Shown in pieces: positions 1 to 12,220 of a DNA stretch of 43,040 nucleotides. Numbering within the stretch: position 1 is the first letter of the stretch; each line of letters opens with the position of its first letter. The notes under the pieces are model-generated. The model worked only from the letters and a program-made list of their open reading frames with translations, made no database searches and was not told the DNA's origin. Source of the stretch: Macrostomum lignano (lineage: Eukaryota); NCBI GenBank assembly GCA_002269645.1, contig NIVC01004531.1, positions 1 through 43,040 on the forward strand, written 5' to 3'. A program made the translations under genes and the position numbers.

Positions 1-584
1 GGCGCGCTCTCCTCACACCATCGGTTTTAGCCCAGGCAAACAAGCCAAGCCAAGGAACATTTTTATGTTTTTAAAAGTACATGTATTCATACGAGTACTA
101 ACTGATCTCAAAGAAGCAGTTTACTAAACATTATAGATATTGATGAAAAGGGTTCTCAATTGATCTTTAAAATAATGTCTCGAAATTTTACTAGCGAGTT
201 CATCAGCTACAACGATCAAATGTGTAGGGAGTTGGTCAGTAAATGTTCCTCACGACACAAAAAGCCACACAAGGATATTGTACACACAGGACGCCAACAC
301 AAAGGGTATGGGTATACAGCGCGTCTTGACTTTCTCAGTCCTCATTCTTGCATTTCTCATTCATCATTTCTCAGTCATCATTTGTGCATCATTCATTTTT
401 CAAGCATTTGTGTACCTATTCTGCGCCTTGGGGATTGGTCTCATGATTGAGGCCCTAGATGCGTTAACGGGCGCTGAGCTAATAAAGTCTGCTTAATCAA
501 AAAATCGCAAAATCGAATACAAGAACCACTAAAAACACGATTGTACTGAATGATATATTAAACAGAATAAGTTACAACGCTCAC

Positions 585-925
585 CTTCAGTGACTTTGAC
601 TTGGCAGCGTTTAGCACGCCTAACACCTGCTTGACATCGTTAGATTTCAGCTGATCAAGCAGGTAGTTGAACTTGGCCATTCGCCTCTTCCAGTAATCCA
701 ACTCTGCTCGGGGTCCAACGTTGTCAGCCTCTCGGCGAATCTGCTCAGTCTCGGCTAACACCTGCTCGATCTGCTTCATCCAGCTGGCTGCGCACTCTTC
801 CACAGCTGCCAGACTGTCGGCCTGCGAGGCAGCCTGGTTGATGTCCGTGATGGTCTTCAGGCGCTTCAAGTCAAAACCGGTGCACGGTTTCAGGACAACG
901 CGGTCGTTAATTGTCTCCTGAGCGG
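585..925 (-). CDS. DNAH5: Axonemal dynein heavy chain exon 4 (start of DHC N1 region); gene continues beyond left edge
   Basis: Acceptor cttctttgcag, donor AAG|GTGAGC (phase 0). WMKQIEQVLAETEQIRREADNVGPRAELDYWKRRMAKFNYLLDQLKS is the diagnostic DNAH5/8 GPRAEL.W motif. DNAH5 vs DNAH8 cannot be resolved by eye. Confidence 0.95.
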
Positions 926-1289
926 CTGCAAAGAAGATATAATACAGGAAATTATATCTTAGTTTTTGCGGCCGCAGAGTACGTGTGAACGTGTCCGACT
1001 TTTACGTCAAAGGCACTACTCGGTTCGATTCTGCGTGGCCACATAAATTTGCTATTCATTCTTCTTGTGCATATGAGAGACCCTAGAGAAGCCCTGTAAG
1101 ATAAACTAAATATAAAACTGTACGAAAGAGGTGCTGTCCTTGTGGAGGATGGTTAATTACGATAAGCTACACCACACCTTGAAGATCATCTCGAATAAAT
1201 TTTCAAATTGATTTTTTCGAATCCTGGAAGCTTTCTTAGTCAGGAAATAATCATGATTAATACTCGTAAGTATCTCAGTCTGCACTCAC

Positions 1290-1637
1290 TGTTGAGCATA
1301 TTGACGAAGTTCTCCAAGCCGTTCAGAAACTGCTCCCTCGCGTGCTCCTGGCACTCGAGCTGGCCCCAGCCGCTGCCCTGCAGCTCGCGGAGCTGCGGCA
1401 CCAGTACAGTTGACAGAACCTGCTCAACGCCTCGCAGTATGCCGTCGGAACCGTCAATGCTAAAGAAGGTGACGTCGCGCGAGATGTTGGCCTCGGTGAC
1501 GGCCTGCTGGCTGTCTGGCCGCATGAAAACGGCGCAGGGGCCGCGAATCGGCGCCGAGCTGCCGTCCGACACGAAAATGCGCGGCTTCTGCGCCCGAGTG
1601 GACTTGCTGCCCGGCTGCCCGATGCGGATCTGGTCGG
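1290..1637 (-). CDS. DNAH5: Axonemal dynein heavy chain exon 3
   Basis: Acceptor ctcttccag, donor A|GTGAGT, phase 1-1. KPRIFVSDGSSAPIRGPCAVFMRPD...GWGQLE...FLNGLENFVNML resembles DNAH5 KPKVFVTEG...GWGELE...FLSSLEGFVNVL. Confidence 0.95.
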
Positions 1638-1744
1638 CTGGAAGAGTTTGATTGGGGCAGGCGGATGTTACGCAACTACTTGGTTCGGTTCAAGCGTTAC
1701 TAAGATAAGGTAAACCAAATTTTTTATAATAAATGACGGTGAAA

Positions 1745-1995
1745 TCACGCCTCTGACAAATGAAATGACATCCACATCAAATGAGGTGACGCCCCTTTCA
1801 AATGAAATGACACCCACATCAAATGAGGTGACGCCCCTTTCAAATTAAATGACACCCACATCAAATGAGTTGACGCCCCTTTCAAATTAAATGACACCCA
1901 CATCAAATGAGTTGACGCCCCTTTCAAATGAAATGACACCCACATCAAATGAGGTGACGCCCCTTTTTTAAATTAAATGACACCCCTTTCAAATG
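1745..1995. repeat. 42-bp tandem repeat, ~5-6 copies, dynein intron 2
   Basis: Unit gaggtgacgcccctttcaaatgaaatgacacccacatcaaat. Confidence 0.9.
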
Positions 1996-2669
1996 AAATG
2001 ACGCTCAGTAAATCAAATGAAATGACGTCCCTATCAAATGTAATGGCGCTCCTTATGCCCATGGTTTTTGAAAACGCAAAAAAATGGTTTTATGAAAATG
2101 CACACTTAAAATCTGACTTTTTGAGTTCCAAAGTCAGTACGAGTACTTTGAGTTGTAAAATCCTAGAGGAGACCTGAAGATCGTTAGTTCTTTTCAGAAT
2201 TATTTATACTTGAACGAATTTTATAATAATACGAGCCTAACACCAAAAAGTATCTCATTTTTTGACTAAATACCACGAGACGTACCACTGAAAAAACTTC
2301 TTGTGACTATAAACTAGTAGTGATAAAATATCGTGCATTGCTCAGCACCAGTGAACTGTACAATTTCATCACTATTAACTTTCACTGTTTCAAAACTTGT
2401 AAAAATATGTTAATCTTTGTGTCACTTTTAGCAATAAGAGAGAAGTGACATTACTCTTGATATTAGGTAAATTGTGAACTCGTCGACAAACATGGAGTAA
2501 TTTCTTTTGTAGAAATACCGTCGCTCCTGAATATACATGTAGTTAAAACGCTGAAAGATGTTAGAAAAGAAATAAATGTTATCTGTAAATTTAATAGAGT
2601 AAACTCTACCGGTTGGATAACATCTTTTGATAGCATATCATTTGCTCATGATCTATTTTGATCACTTAC

Positions 2670-2892
2670 GCCCTTCTTTATCGAGGTCCGGTTCTTGATA
2701 GTGCACCAGAATTTTGCAAGTTCCTCCGGCAGCAAAGAATAACTCCATCTGGTCCACGTTGTTGCCATCGAGAATGCCGTCTTCTACTTCGGACTTTTCT
2801 ATGCAGTAGAAATCGGCAACTTGAGCCAGCAGGTGGTGGTGCCGCTCGTCGAGACGATGCCGCCTCGCTTCCCGCTCTTCTTTGAGCTTTTG
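2670..2892 (-). CDS. DNAH5: Axonemal dynein heavy chain exon 2
   Basis: Acceptor tttctcag, donor C|GTAAGT (phase 1). QKLKEEREARRHRLDERHHHLLAQVADFYCIEKSEVEDGILDGNNVDQMELFFAAGG resembles the recalled DNAH5 N-terminus (QRLKGEKEAKRALLDARH...EVEDAILEGN). Confidence 0.92.
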
Positions 2893-2899
2893 CTGAGAA

Positions 2900-3010
2900 A
2901 GGGCAAAATTTCGAACAAAATCGGTTCAGCCGTTTTTGCTAAAATCGATCATATACGAGCGTACCTACCTACCTAGATAGACACCGGCAGACTATTTTTA
3001 GTATATAGAT
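2900..3010 (+). mobile_element. Possible 3' end of a Helitron/HINE-like non-autonomous element in dynein intron 1
   Basis: aaaatttcgaacaaaatcggttcagccgttttt, then short tetranucleotide repeats (tacc, agac), then a ...gtatatagat end. This layout is recalled from invertebrate Helitron-like 3' termini. Confidence 0.35.
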
Positions 3011-3438
3011 TTATTATACCGTAAAGAGTATTGCAAAACTGATTAGCGCTCCTAATTTTGTAGTACACACACATCTGTTATTTTCATTATTAATATTAAT
3101 AGGTACTGAAGTAAAAAATTTTATCGTTTTCAACACTTACGAATTTTTACATAAGTAAATTTAAAACTGAATATTACCAGTTACCACTATTTAAATACTA
3201 AATTAATAGTAACTTTTTTTATTAACCAATAAGACACGTATAGTTTATTATTTTATCTTGGATATAATTTTTTCAACTTTTTAACAGTTAAACAGTTAAG
3301 TTTAATAGGGTTTTTCGTTAAAAAAATCCGTAAATGTAAGCAATTTTTGCTTCAAAATATATAAAGTTCTCCCTCTTAAAATAATCTAAGTTGCTTTTTA
3401 CTTAAAAGTAAATGATCTGTAGTTTTTAGATGTTTTAC

Positions 3439-3543
3439 CTGTTTCTCCTTTATATTTTCACCAGAAGTCAAAACGGAGACCCGGGCTTTGCCCTTTTGGG
3501 CGCTACCCGTTCTCTTGCCTTGATCGGCTTCTCCTCCAGGCAT
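3439..3543 (-). CDS. DNAH5: Axonemal dynein heavy chain (DNAH5/8-like), probable first coding exon
   Basis: ATG at 3543-3541 with in-frame TAG 6 nt upstream. Reads MPGGEADQGKRTGSAQKGKARVSVLTSGENIKEKQ (35 codons). Donor CAG|GTAAAA in phase 0 joins the next exon. An AG 3 nt before the ATG could be a UTR or trans-splice acceptor. Confidence 0.72.
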
Positions 3544-5584
3544 CAACTAAATTATTGACTTTGCATTCAATTCAAATCAAATAAAGTTAAAATAATTTTG
3601 ATTGAAATTTATTTTCTTGATCGCGATTACTTCAGGATTTATTTAATAAATACAACATCCGTGATATTGTTAAATCCATAACTTTTACGTTGCCATTAGT
3701 TTCATCACTATAAACAAAATCTAACAATGTGGTATGTCAAGTGACGTAAATTACAAAAGTTAATCAAGATATATTTTAGTTGATAATATATAAATCTGAT
3801 CTTAATATTTTGTATATTCTTTAAAGTTTCTATACAACCATCGACGACTTTATAAAGTCTAAGACACGTACTTATGTTCTTCCGTAGGCTAAGTTTATTT
3901 TTGGACCAGTTTTTTTTAGTTCTGTTTTTAACAAACTATTTTAACACACGCCTTAATTACATACTGTTTTACACAAATACGAGTATGATCATATGGATTG
4001 TACATGTAAATGTGAACATGAGACATGATTAATCACTGTTGTACATTTAAGCGTGCCGTAAAATGCTTGCATTTTACAAATTACATGTGTACGTAAGCAG
4101 TGTGTATAGTACATGTTCACATTTACATATAATTGAAACAGCAGAAAAATTTTAGTCCATTTATAGAAATATGATCTACTAATAAAAAGCGGTCGAGCAT
4201 GAACTTTGGAAAAAGTTATTTGATCCGACGAAGGGTACATGCATTCTGCTTCTGGTGCCTTTGATAAACTACCGGTATGCTTCTTTTGATTTCAGTTCAG
4301 TGCAGGTCAGCGCAATATAGAAAAATCCACCCACGTTTGATTCATCATATTTTCATTATTCGTCGCGCAACCCAAGCGTTCGTGCCAATTTGCGCATTCT
4401 TTTCTAGTGTCGCTTTTATTTGACCCCGTCATACAGCGAAACCTTTCTTTATGACTTGCAAATCCGGCCTAAAATAATATTTATTGGAATTGGATTTCAC
4501 CGATTTTATATTTTATTGAGGTTGTAAAAACCGAAGAATATGCAATCTAGGTAAAAAGAAGTGATTATTCATGTTAAACTCCGAATGGTACAAAAAAGTC
4601 AAGCCACTGTTCTTTCATATTTTGCTAATACATGTCTAATGTTTGCTCACTTCTTAAAAAATAAAAAGGTACAATTACAGAATTAAGATGACTATATAAA
4701 TGTACCTTTCTCTAAACCAAAAGACAGGCAGGCCTTTAAGGGTAAGTAGACTAGACTTGATTGCGACTGGAATAACGCAACCAAAAGACAGGACGTCATA
4801 ATCATGTCCTTCTGTGTCATCATGCAAACCAAAACATGTCTGATCGGTCTAAAATCTTAAACGAATTTTCAGCTCTTGTAGTACTAAGATTAATCTTATT
4901 TACATCCCTATTTACGCACAGGATCGCAATGTTTGAAAGTTACACAACGAAAAAAACAATGCATCTAGATCTACGATGTTAAGAGACAGTATAGTCTACA
5001 AATACATGCTGACTTACAATATATTGAATCGTTGCTTCTTTAACACAGCGACTCAACTTTATCAATAGACTGCTCTATACATCTACAGCTAGTAAACAGT
5101 ATAGAAGCCCATTCAGCATTAATTATGTATTCGCCTTTCTCGTCGTTGCCAATGGTGATTGAAATTCTTTCATCTCGGCCGCTAAAAATACCAGAGAGGG
5201 ATAAGGATCCCACTGCTTTACTGCACAATATGGCGGCACTTTTGATACACTCATCCCTAGGAGAAACTTGATGGGTAAGATTGAGTATACAGATGGACAA
5301 TAATCAGTAGTTCACTGAGTACTTAATCAATGCCTCATCGATTAACCTACGAACTATTAAGAAACCTGTCAAAAAAATGACGCAGCTATTTATTCATATT
5401 AACTATAGATTCGAATTTCAACATAATCTGCCAGAGACGCAGCCCTTACACAATTAATTAATATACTCGTACATGTACAAGGCCACCCTCAAACAAACTA
5501 TATGTATTCGACTCAAAGTCTAAAAGTCTACTTGATATGTACCTTTGGGCTTTGGCGGCTTATGATTCGTAATTTTGGTTTAGC

Positions 5585-5664
5585 GCGCCAAAATGGGTGT
5601 CTGATGCGTCGAAACGGGTGTCTGTGGCGCCAAACTGAGTGTCTGTGGCGCCAAACTGAGTGTC
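5585..5664. repeat. 21-bp tandem repeat, ~4 copies, intergenic
   Basis: Unit gcgccaaactgagtgtctgtg with variants. Confidence 0.8.
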
Positions 5665-6593
5665 ACACATTAGCTTACCAAACTCAATGTAAACCTACTA
5701 AACTACTTACCTGTTTTTCCTTATGTTAGCAAGCAAAAACCCAATGGAAAACTTACTAAGCGTCATCTAGCAGGGGCGTCGCAGGTGAGAATCTTTTAAA
5801 CAATGCATGCAGCAGTAATTTTTTATTCTATTATCTTTTTTCAGAATCGCTTCCGTGTCCAACTGATTTTTCGAGGTCCGTATTCTGTTCGCTCACGCGA
5901 TATTCATTATATTTACCTGCGTTGCTGCAGCGTAGCATGCCAAACACAGCATGAGCTATACAGGCTGCTTTCCCCAGGGTCCCGTTAGAATCAGCGAGGT
6001 ACTATCTGCGCACGCGGCTAATTCTCGGGTCACACGAGTGTACCACATATAGCTTTATTCAAACGTCAGAATGGGCTGTGACGGGAGTTTTTTTACGACA
6101 GTCAGTAGCTAAACTGAAGGGAAAGAGAATGTTTGATTCAACAAACACAAATGCTCCTTACTGTTCTGTCTCTATCTCTATCCCTATTTTGCTTTATTCA
6201 AAAGCAATATAATGGTGGCAGCAAGTACAAAATGCGGTTGCCCCAGGGGTTTCTAACGGTAAGTACAGCTGTGCACGTGTCAGTAGCGGGATCAGCTAGA
6301 ACTCTGTTGACATCACGTGATTCAAATGTGCAGCTGCATTGTCACGTGAGTTACCCAGGAGGTTTAATTCCCCTTCTGGCTGTTCTATTACTGTTTTACC
6401 AGAGTGAAATATTCTTTATGTTGGTTCATTATTGCGAATCTGTATCAACGTTTCTTTAATTCGAAGATTACTAGCTTAGAGAATCCACGACCTTGATATT
6501 CCCCAGGCTTGAGATTATCATTTCTATTAGAACTGCTTAGAACTATATTTTTTTAAATACACTACATGTAGCCTCTGACCTTTCAACCTTGAG

Positions 6594-6665
6594 ATCTCAG
6601 CAATTCCCCCTAAGTCTTGACATCTCAGCAATTCCCCGTAAGTCTTGACGTCTCAACAATTCCCC
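6594..6665. repeat. 28-29-bp tandem repeat, ~2.5 copies
   Basis: tctcagcaattcccc(g)taagtcttgac(a/g). Confidence 0.75.
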
Positions 6666-9002
6666 CATCGACGTTGAATTGAGATCAGCCAGAAAACAAA
6701 AAGCTTATCGTTTTTAATGTGGCCAAAATTTTAATTTTCAAAGTTCCCTGTAATTTAGTACCAGATCCAGCTGGGGTCACGGGAAGGTCACCTGATTATG
6801 ATCAACCTCCCTTCTATGCTAGCCTATATATGTGCACCTCCCAACAGTCCACAGTACATGTGCAATGCCATCCAAATTTCGATCAGTAAAGTTCACTTTG
6901 GGCACTATAATCAAGCCAATACCACGTGTTACACTGAATCCTTGTATGTTTGTTTTGCGCGTCAAGGTTGTAAAACTTTCTTCTGCAAGTAAAAACACAA
7001 AATGAAGAATCGGATTTTGCAAGAACTTTCATATGTTTATACGCTTTTATGGTGGGCTAAATTTGCTAGTTCAACTACGAGTAGTCAAGTGGCAAGGTCT
7101 GAATTTAACAGTTTAGCTATAGTAAACTTTGACCGCAGAATTGTTAGCACTGTATTGCTACTGTTCGAGAGGGCTCGCCCTGCTCCTGCCTATACGAACT
7201 TACTGGTGCATTGTGGCTAATACTGACACACTCGCATAGCAATTGGTTGCAAGTCACAAACGCCAAGCTGCATCGCTATACTGTCAGGGGAGAGGGGAGA
7301 TGAAGAGGGAAAGCGTTTAAGTAAATTGCTTTTTCTGCGGCTGTGACGGCTGGCTGCAGCAGAGGGGCAGGCCAGTAAAGTAAGTGCAGTTCATGGTGCC
7401 TGGACATTTTCGGCCCTGAAGGGGTTCCTGCTACTGCTGCTGCTGCTGCTTCTGTTTGCCTTTAGTGCAATCGTAGCAGTGCGCTTGTAGCAAAAAAGGC
7501 CATATATAGCTTTTATTGATCCGAAGATTCGCCTCGTTTACCATGCATGTATAGTAGGAATTGCGAGTAAATATGTACGAGATACGTGCAGCTGCATGCG
7601 CACAAGGCCTGCATTTTACTCCTGCGCTATAGTTTTGTTCGTCTAGATCCGAACGTTCGGTGCGGGACTAAAAGCGCGTGACTGAAATCAAGGGTTCGTC
7701 TCGTGCCATTCGAGAGCTATAACTATGCGGCGGTCGCGCCGTGATAGCAGGAGGGGCCTAGGTACGAGGCCCAACATGCATGCAGAGAGTCGTTAAATCT
7801 GCTAATGCATGCATTCGTGTCTCGTATAATCGACCTGCGCAGTTTGTTATAAATTCCTTTTAGTTTTGCGGTTTGCTCACTAAAAAAGAACGAAAAAGAG
7901 AGAAGTTCGCGTCGATTGAGTAGAGCTCATTCCGATTAACAACCGGATTATCAATTGACGACAGCTCATAAATAATCATTTTATTCTCGTTCCAATGTTC
8001 AGCTTGAAATTCGAATTTTCAAACTCGTTATAGAGAAGCGAGAGGGGGAGCGGAAGAGGAAGAACTAGCGGGGACAGTCAGTGGGAGGCTATTGCTATAC
8101 TTGGATAAAAAACGCACTGTCAGACCCTCCTCAGCCACCGCCATCCCCCCAATATGGCAATGCCGACCACGTGACTGGGGAGGCCCAGTGTTTTTTAATC
8201 CAACCACACTCCTTTAAGCCCTGTTTAGGGGCTGCGTGGTGGAGTGGAGAAGGCTTGTGGAGAGAATAGTCGACAATCCGCCACCCCACCCCTACCCTAT
8301 TTTTGGGGGCATGGGGTTTGGCGCATGTGCAGGGCTTAGGGGCGGTTGGGCGGGTTGTCTACTACAGCTCTCCGCCACGCTAGAGCGTGTGGAAGGGGGG
8401 CCCTTTTGGCCCCCTCCCCAATTGCTCTGGAATCGGCCTGGCCTCCTCCAACCCCCACACACAGGCGCTCCACCTCACATCCCGTGCCGCCAAGGTCTGG
8501 AGCGGCCCAATCGCCCTGTTTTTGCGGAAAGAGGAGAACGGAGAGAGGATAGTTGGAAGAAAGCTGAGAGAGAAAGAGAGGGGGGAGCGAAACGCACTAC
8601 TAGCCGTTTGGCTTTTCTGCATTTGGGAAGGCAAATTGAAGGGGACTTTTGGTTGGCTGCGGCCATGAAATGAATAAGGGGTGGCGTTGTGGGGGAGAGC
8701 GAGGCAGCGCGAGTGAGTGGGGGCCATAGTAGGTTAGAGAAGAACGATAGAAAAAATACTTAGGGGGGTGTCTTTTCTCGAGGATTTTTGTAAGGGAGAA
8801 TTAGACATAGGACTCTGCCTCACTGACAGACAGCCACAGGGTGTAAGCTTCGCAACAATAGCAAGGGCCGATAGTATTCGGCTCCGAGCTGCATTATTGC
8901 CGGCAGACGTGAATTCTTAAAAGTGTGCTGCTTAGCATCGAATGAGCCGGCGCAACTCTAGTCGTCAGGTTCTGCTGCACGACAGATTGTAGCGCAATTA
9001 AT

Positions 9003-9132
9003 ATGACCGCAGCTGCTGCTGCTGCTGCTGTTGGCTACGCCGCAGTGCTGTTTCAACGGTTGACATCACTGCGCTATCATTGTTGCTACGCTGCCGTTTG
9101 GATTGCCGTCGCCTTGTCCGCGAATCCGGCCT
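9003..9132 (+). CDS. Dscam: Dscam-like receptor exon 1 (putative signal peptide)
   Basis: MTAAAAAAAVGYAAVLFQRLTSLRYHCCYAAVWIAVALSANPA, hydrophobic 3' half. Donor T|GTAAGA in phase 1 matches the phase-1 acceptor at 11081. Confidence 0.62.
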
Positions 9133-9689
9133 GTAAGAGCGCTTTTTCTGTCTTTGCATTTAGTCAAGCGAAAGCTGGCTTTACTTTACATCGCTTCGAA
9201 GAAAGCCTTCATTGTAACAATGGCTCGGCATGACCCCAGATGAACCCGGGCGATGATGTCTCTATGAATAAAAACGACTCGATTTTGCCCTTTACGCGTG
9301 GACTGACTGAAAGAAGCAATTTTTGTAGCTTATAGGTGGCAACGCTAAACAAAAGCGTGTTTTCGTTCGTTATAATTTGCATTTAGTCACTTCCCATTCT
9401 GGCTTCGAATTTGCTATGTTCTCATTTTTCGTCTGGTTTGTCCGGTTTGTCCTACGTCCGTAGCTAGCTAGTAGTCAAGAAAGCAACATGGAAGAAATGT
9501 GCCTGTAGATTTGTATAAAAAACGCTAGAAATCTCCGATCATACGAGAATCAAATTTGTAAGCCCCCAGCAACAAGCTTCTGGAAGCCACATACGGATAG
9601 AATGGATTGATACCTGCTAATCTATGCATTAATGCTACATGCATTGATTCAGCTTTGCCTCATATTGTAGAAACTGTGGGACGATAGCA

Positions 9690-10140
9690 ACATTTTCTTG
9701 TTAGGAAGCATCTGTCAGCCATTTCCTCCCCAGGCATTTAAAAGGCGTTCAGTACTCCCCGTGGGCGATATTTGCACAGACACTTTTTTGCTTTGAACTT
9801 TGCTCACTTTTTAGATGCGCAATCAATAGTGAATCCTGACTGGCTGACAAACAAGAGCAGACAGTCATGAGCAAATGCACTTTAAGAACAATCCAATGCT
9901 GTGTGTAGTTCAATTGTTGTTAAGGAAAGTGTCAATCAACTTTCTTCATTTGATACTCCATTGGGTATGCAAGACATTGTAGTGTAGTCTGCATTAGCTC
10001 AATACATGCTTGAGATCACCTAAGATGCTGGTCGATTCAACCGGAACCATAAAGCTACTGTAGCTCTGTTGCCTCTGCTCTGCAAGCGAAAACATTAATG
10101 ACATTTTAATGCAATGCATACTGACAGGGGCTTCCATTTG
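9690..10140 (-). mobile_element. Highly decayed non-LTR retrotransposon reverse-transcriptase fragment (tentative)
   Basis: Manual minus-strand translation gives colinear degenerate motifs NGVS.., SAFAHDCLLLF (cf. AFADDLVLL), KFKAKKC (cf. GL.LN..KC) and PFKCLG (cf. FKYLG), with stops and a frameshift. Confidence 0.4.
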
Positions 10141-10489
10141 ACTGGTGAGGGGCAATCTATTCTTAGGCACATGGGTAGCACACTAAAACTAAATACTAAA
10201 TGGTTTGGCTAGATTGGTATTGTCTGACTACCACTGCTCTCTCCCAGAAAACTCCATACTAATTCCGTCACTAACCAGAAGCATTACATGAGTCATGCTT
10301 CTCGTTAGCCTCTAAGCGTGGGATTTTGGTCTAGGGATTTCTGTTGAAGCCCTCGCTTAGGCAATATTTCGTCATTAGATTAATCTATTGCAGAAATAGC
10401 TAAATTGCATCACAAAAATGCAACCTAGCGGTATAGTTTGTGTACAGCCGCGACATACTTGTACCTAGCCTGTGTAGTTTGAATAGATT

Positions 10490-11013
10490 CCCGGTTCCCG
10501 ATCCCGGTTCCCGATCCCGGTTCCCGATCCCGGTTCCCGATCCCGGTTCCCGATCCCGGTTCCCGATCCCGGTTCCCGATCCCGGTTCCCGATCCCGGTT
10601 CCCGATCCCGGTTCCCGATCCCGGTTCCCGATCCCGGTTCCCGATCCCGGTTCCCGATCCCGGTTCCCGATCCCGGTTCCCGATCCCGGTTCCCGATCCC
10701 GGTTCCCGATCCCGGTTCCCGATCCCGGTTCCCGATCCCGGTTCCCGATCCCGGTTCCCGATCCCGGTTCCCGATCCCGGTTCCCGATCCCGGTTCCCGA
10801 TCCCGGTTCCCGATCCCGGTTCCCGATCCCGGTTCCCGATCCCGGTTCCCGATCCCGGTTCCCGATCCCGGTTCCCGATCCCGGTTCCCGATCCCGGTTC
10901 CCGATCCCGGTTCCCGATCCCGGTTCCCGATCCCGGTTCCCGATCCCGGTTCCCGATCCCGGTTCCCGATCCCGGTTCCCGATCCCGGTTCCCGATCCCG
11001 GTTCCCGATCCCG
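10490..11013. repeat. 13-bp homogeneous satellite, ~40 copies, Dscam intron 1
   Basis: Unit cccggttcccgat, apparently invariant; ends ~67 nt before the exon 2 acceptor. Confidence 0.97.
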
Positions 11014-11080
11014 ACAACAGTGACTAACCTGTTAAAATCAACACAAAGATAAATCGTTTTTTGCTCCAATTTCTCCACAG

Positions 11081-11509
11081 GTGGCATAATCCTATCAGAG
11101 CACACTGGTCCGATTCCGGAATTTTCTAACGAGCCACCGGCTGAGTTTTTGGCCATCAGTGGCGGACCAGAAGCTTCGAACCAGTTGAGCTGTTCGCTAA
11201 AAAGTGGAGCACATTCTGACGGAATTCAGCTTCGCTGGCTTTATGAAGAGTACATCGTGAACTCCACGAGCGGTCAAACAGTTCTAGCGTCGCTAGACAC
11301 CCCGGTTGCTAACTCTACAGCTGTGCCATTTGTGGACTTGGGCAACGGCCGACTGCAGGTATCGCAAAGCGGCAACGGTGACAAATTTCTGCTACCAGAA
11401 GTTGCTGGTCAGAGCGGAAGACGGGGGCACCGGTACAGGGTGTACTGCCAGGCCAAGGATGTGCGGACCGGCTACGTTAGTTTGTCCCGAAAGACTATTC
11501 TCAGGAAAG
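11081..11509 (+). CDS. Dscam: Dscam-like exon 2 (Ig1)
   Basis: Acceptor ttctccacag, donor G|GTGAGT. GPIPEFSNEPP...LSCS...LRW...YCQAKDVRTGYVSLSRKTILRK parallels Dscam D1 (GPVF..EPP...Y.C.A....SIISR). Confidence 0.9.
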
Positions 11510-12120
11510 GTGAGTCATGGTAATAAATCCTTCTATTTGGTCTATAACTCCATTTAGTCATTTGTCTTACTCCATTTAGGAGTTAGGGGGTTCCGGACAT
11601 CCAGATACAGCGGGGAGGCGTCGACGCCCATTTCGCTAACCCCCTGGCCACTACGGTCAGTTAGTGCTGGTGCCGGTGTCTGCAGCGCGGTCTCCCGCCG
11701 GAGAGTCCAGGGGGGGGGTTCTCGAAAGTGTCATAAGCTCTATGGTAAGAGTCCAGGAGGTGGATGGTAGCGCTCGCCAGGAAGCCTTTTAGGTAGCGGA
11801 TGAACTGGGAGAAATTCTCGGGCCTTAAAACGGCTTAGAGATCCGGGTTGGGGGGCCAGGATAGGTGGACCTGTTCTGAGTAAAGGCGGGACATTAACAG
11901 ATGAAGTGCTCCACATTCTCGACACCGTAGAGGCAGAAAGGGAATTTCTTCACTGGGAGGTAGCAATGCCGGGGCAAAACATCAAACAAAAATAAATGGT
12001 GACATGACTATTGAAAGGGCCATGATCACGTCACCGCCCTGATGTCCCTGCGGTTGTGTCCAAACAAGGCTCTGTGGAGTGCGGGGGAGGAACAGGGGAC
12101 GGCCGCTCGGCATTTCCGTG

Positions 12121-12220
12121 GGAAAATGGGGTATTGGGAAAATGGGTATTGGGAAAATGGGTATTGGGAAAATGGGTATTGGGAAAATGGGTATTGGGAA
12201 AATGGGTATTGGGAAAATGG
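12121..12220. repeat. 15-bp tandem repeat, ~6.5 copies, intron 2
   Basis: Unit gggaaaatgggtatt. Confidence 0.9.

Noticed and set aside
160-496. Two short plus-strand ORFs at the left edge
   Set aside because: They lie antisense within a dynein intron, are AT-rich and have no recognisable motif.
3689-3703. Possible RFX X-box upstream of the dynein gene (GTTGCCATTAGTTTC; also GTTGCCAATGGTGAT near 5145)
   Set aside because: Only the first half-site matches; the second half deviates from RGYAAC at two or more positions.
7300-7385. Possible upstream non-coding Dscam exon ending at AAA|GTAAGT (7380)
   Set aside because: A single donor match without supporting acceptor or TSS evidence; needs transcript data.
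7660-7720. GGGTTCG box suggesting a tRNA or SINE
   Set aside because: No cloverleaf stems and no A box at a suitable distance.
8081-8727. Cluster of overlapping 60-145 aa ORFs and G/C-rich runs upstream of Dscam
   Set aside because: No recognisable domains or splice phase links; low-complexity purine-rich sequence explains the open frames.
10400-11156. 200-240 aa ORFs ([13 protein letters not shown]) on both strands
   Set aside because: Translation of the 13-bp satellite.
11686-11750. Possible alternative exon ending TAT G|GTAAGA in intron 2
   Set aside because: 59 nt from the nearest acceptor (not frame-preserving), and the translation is not Ig-like.
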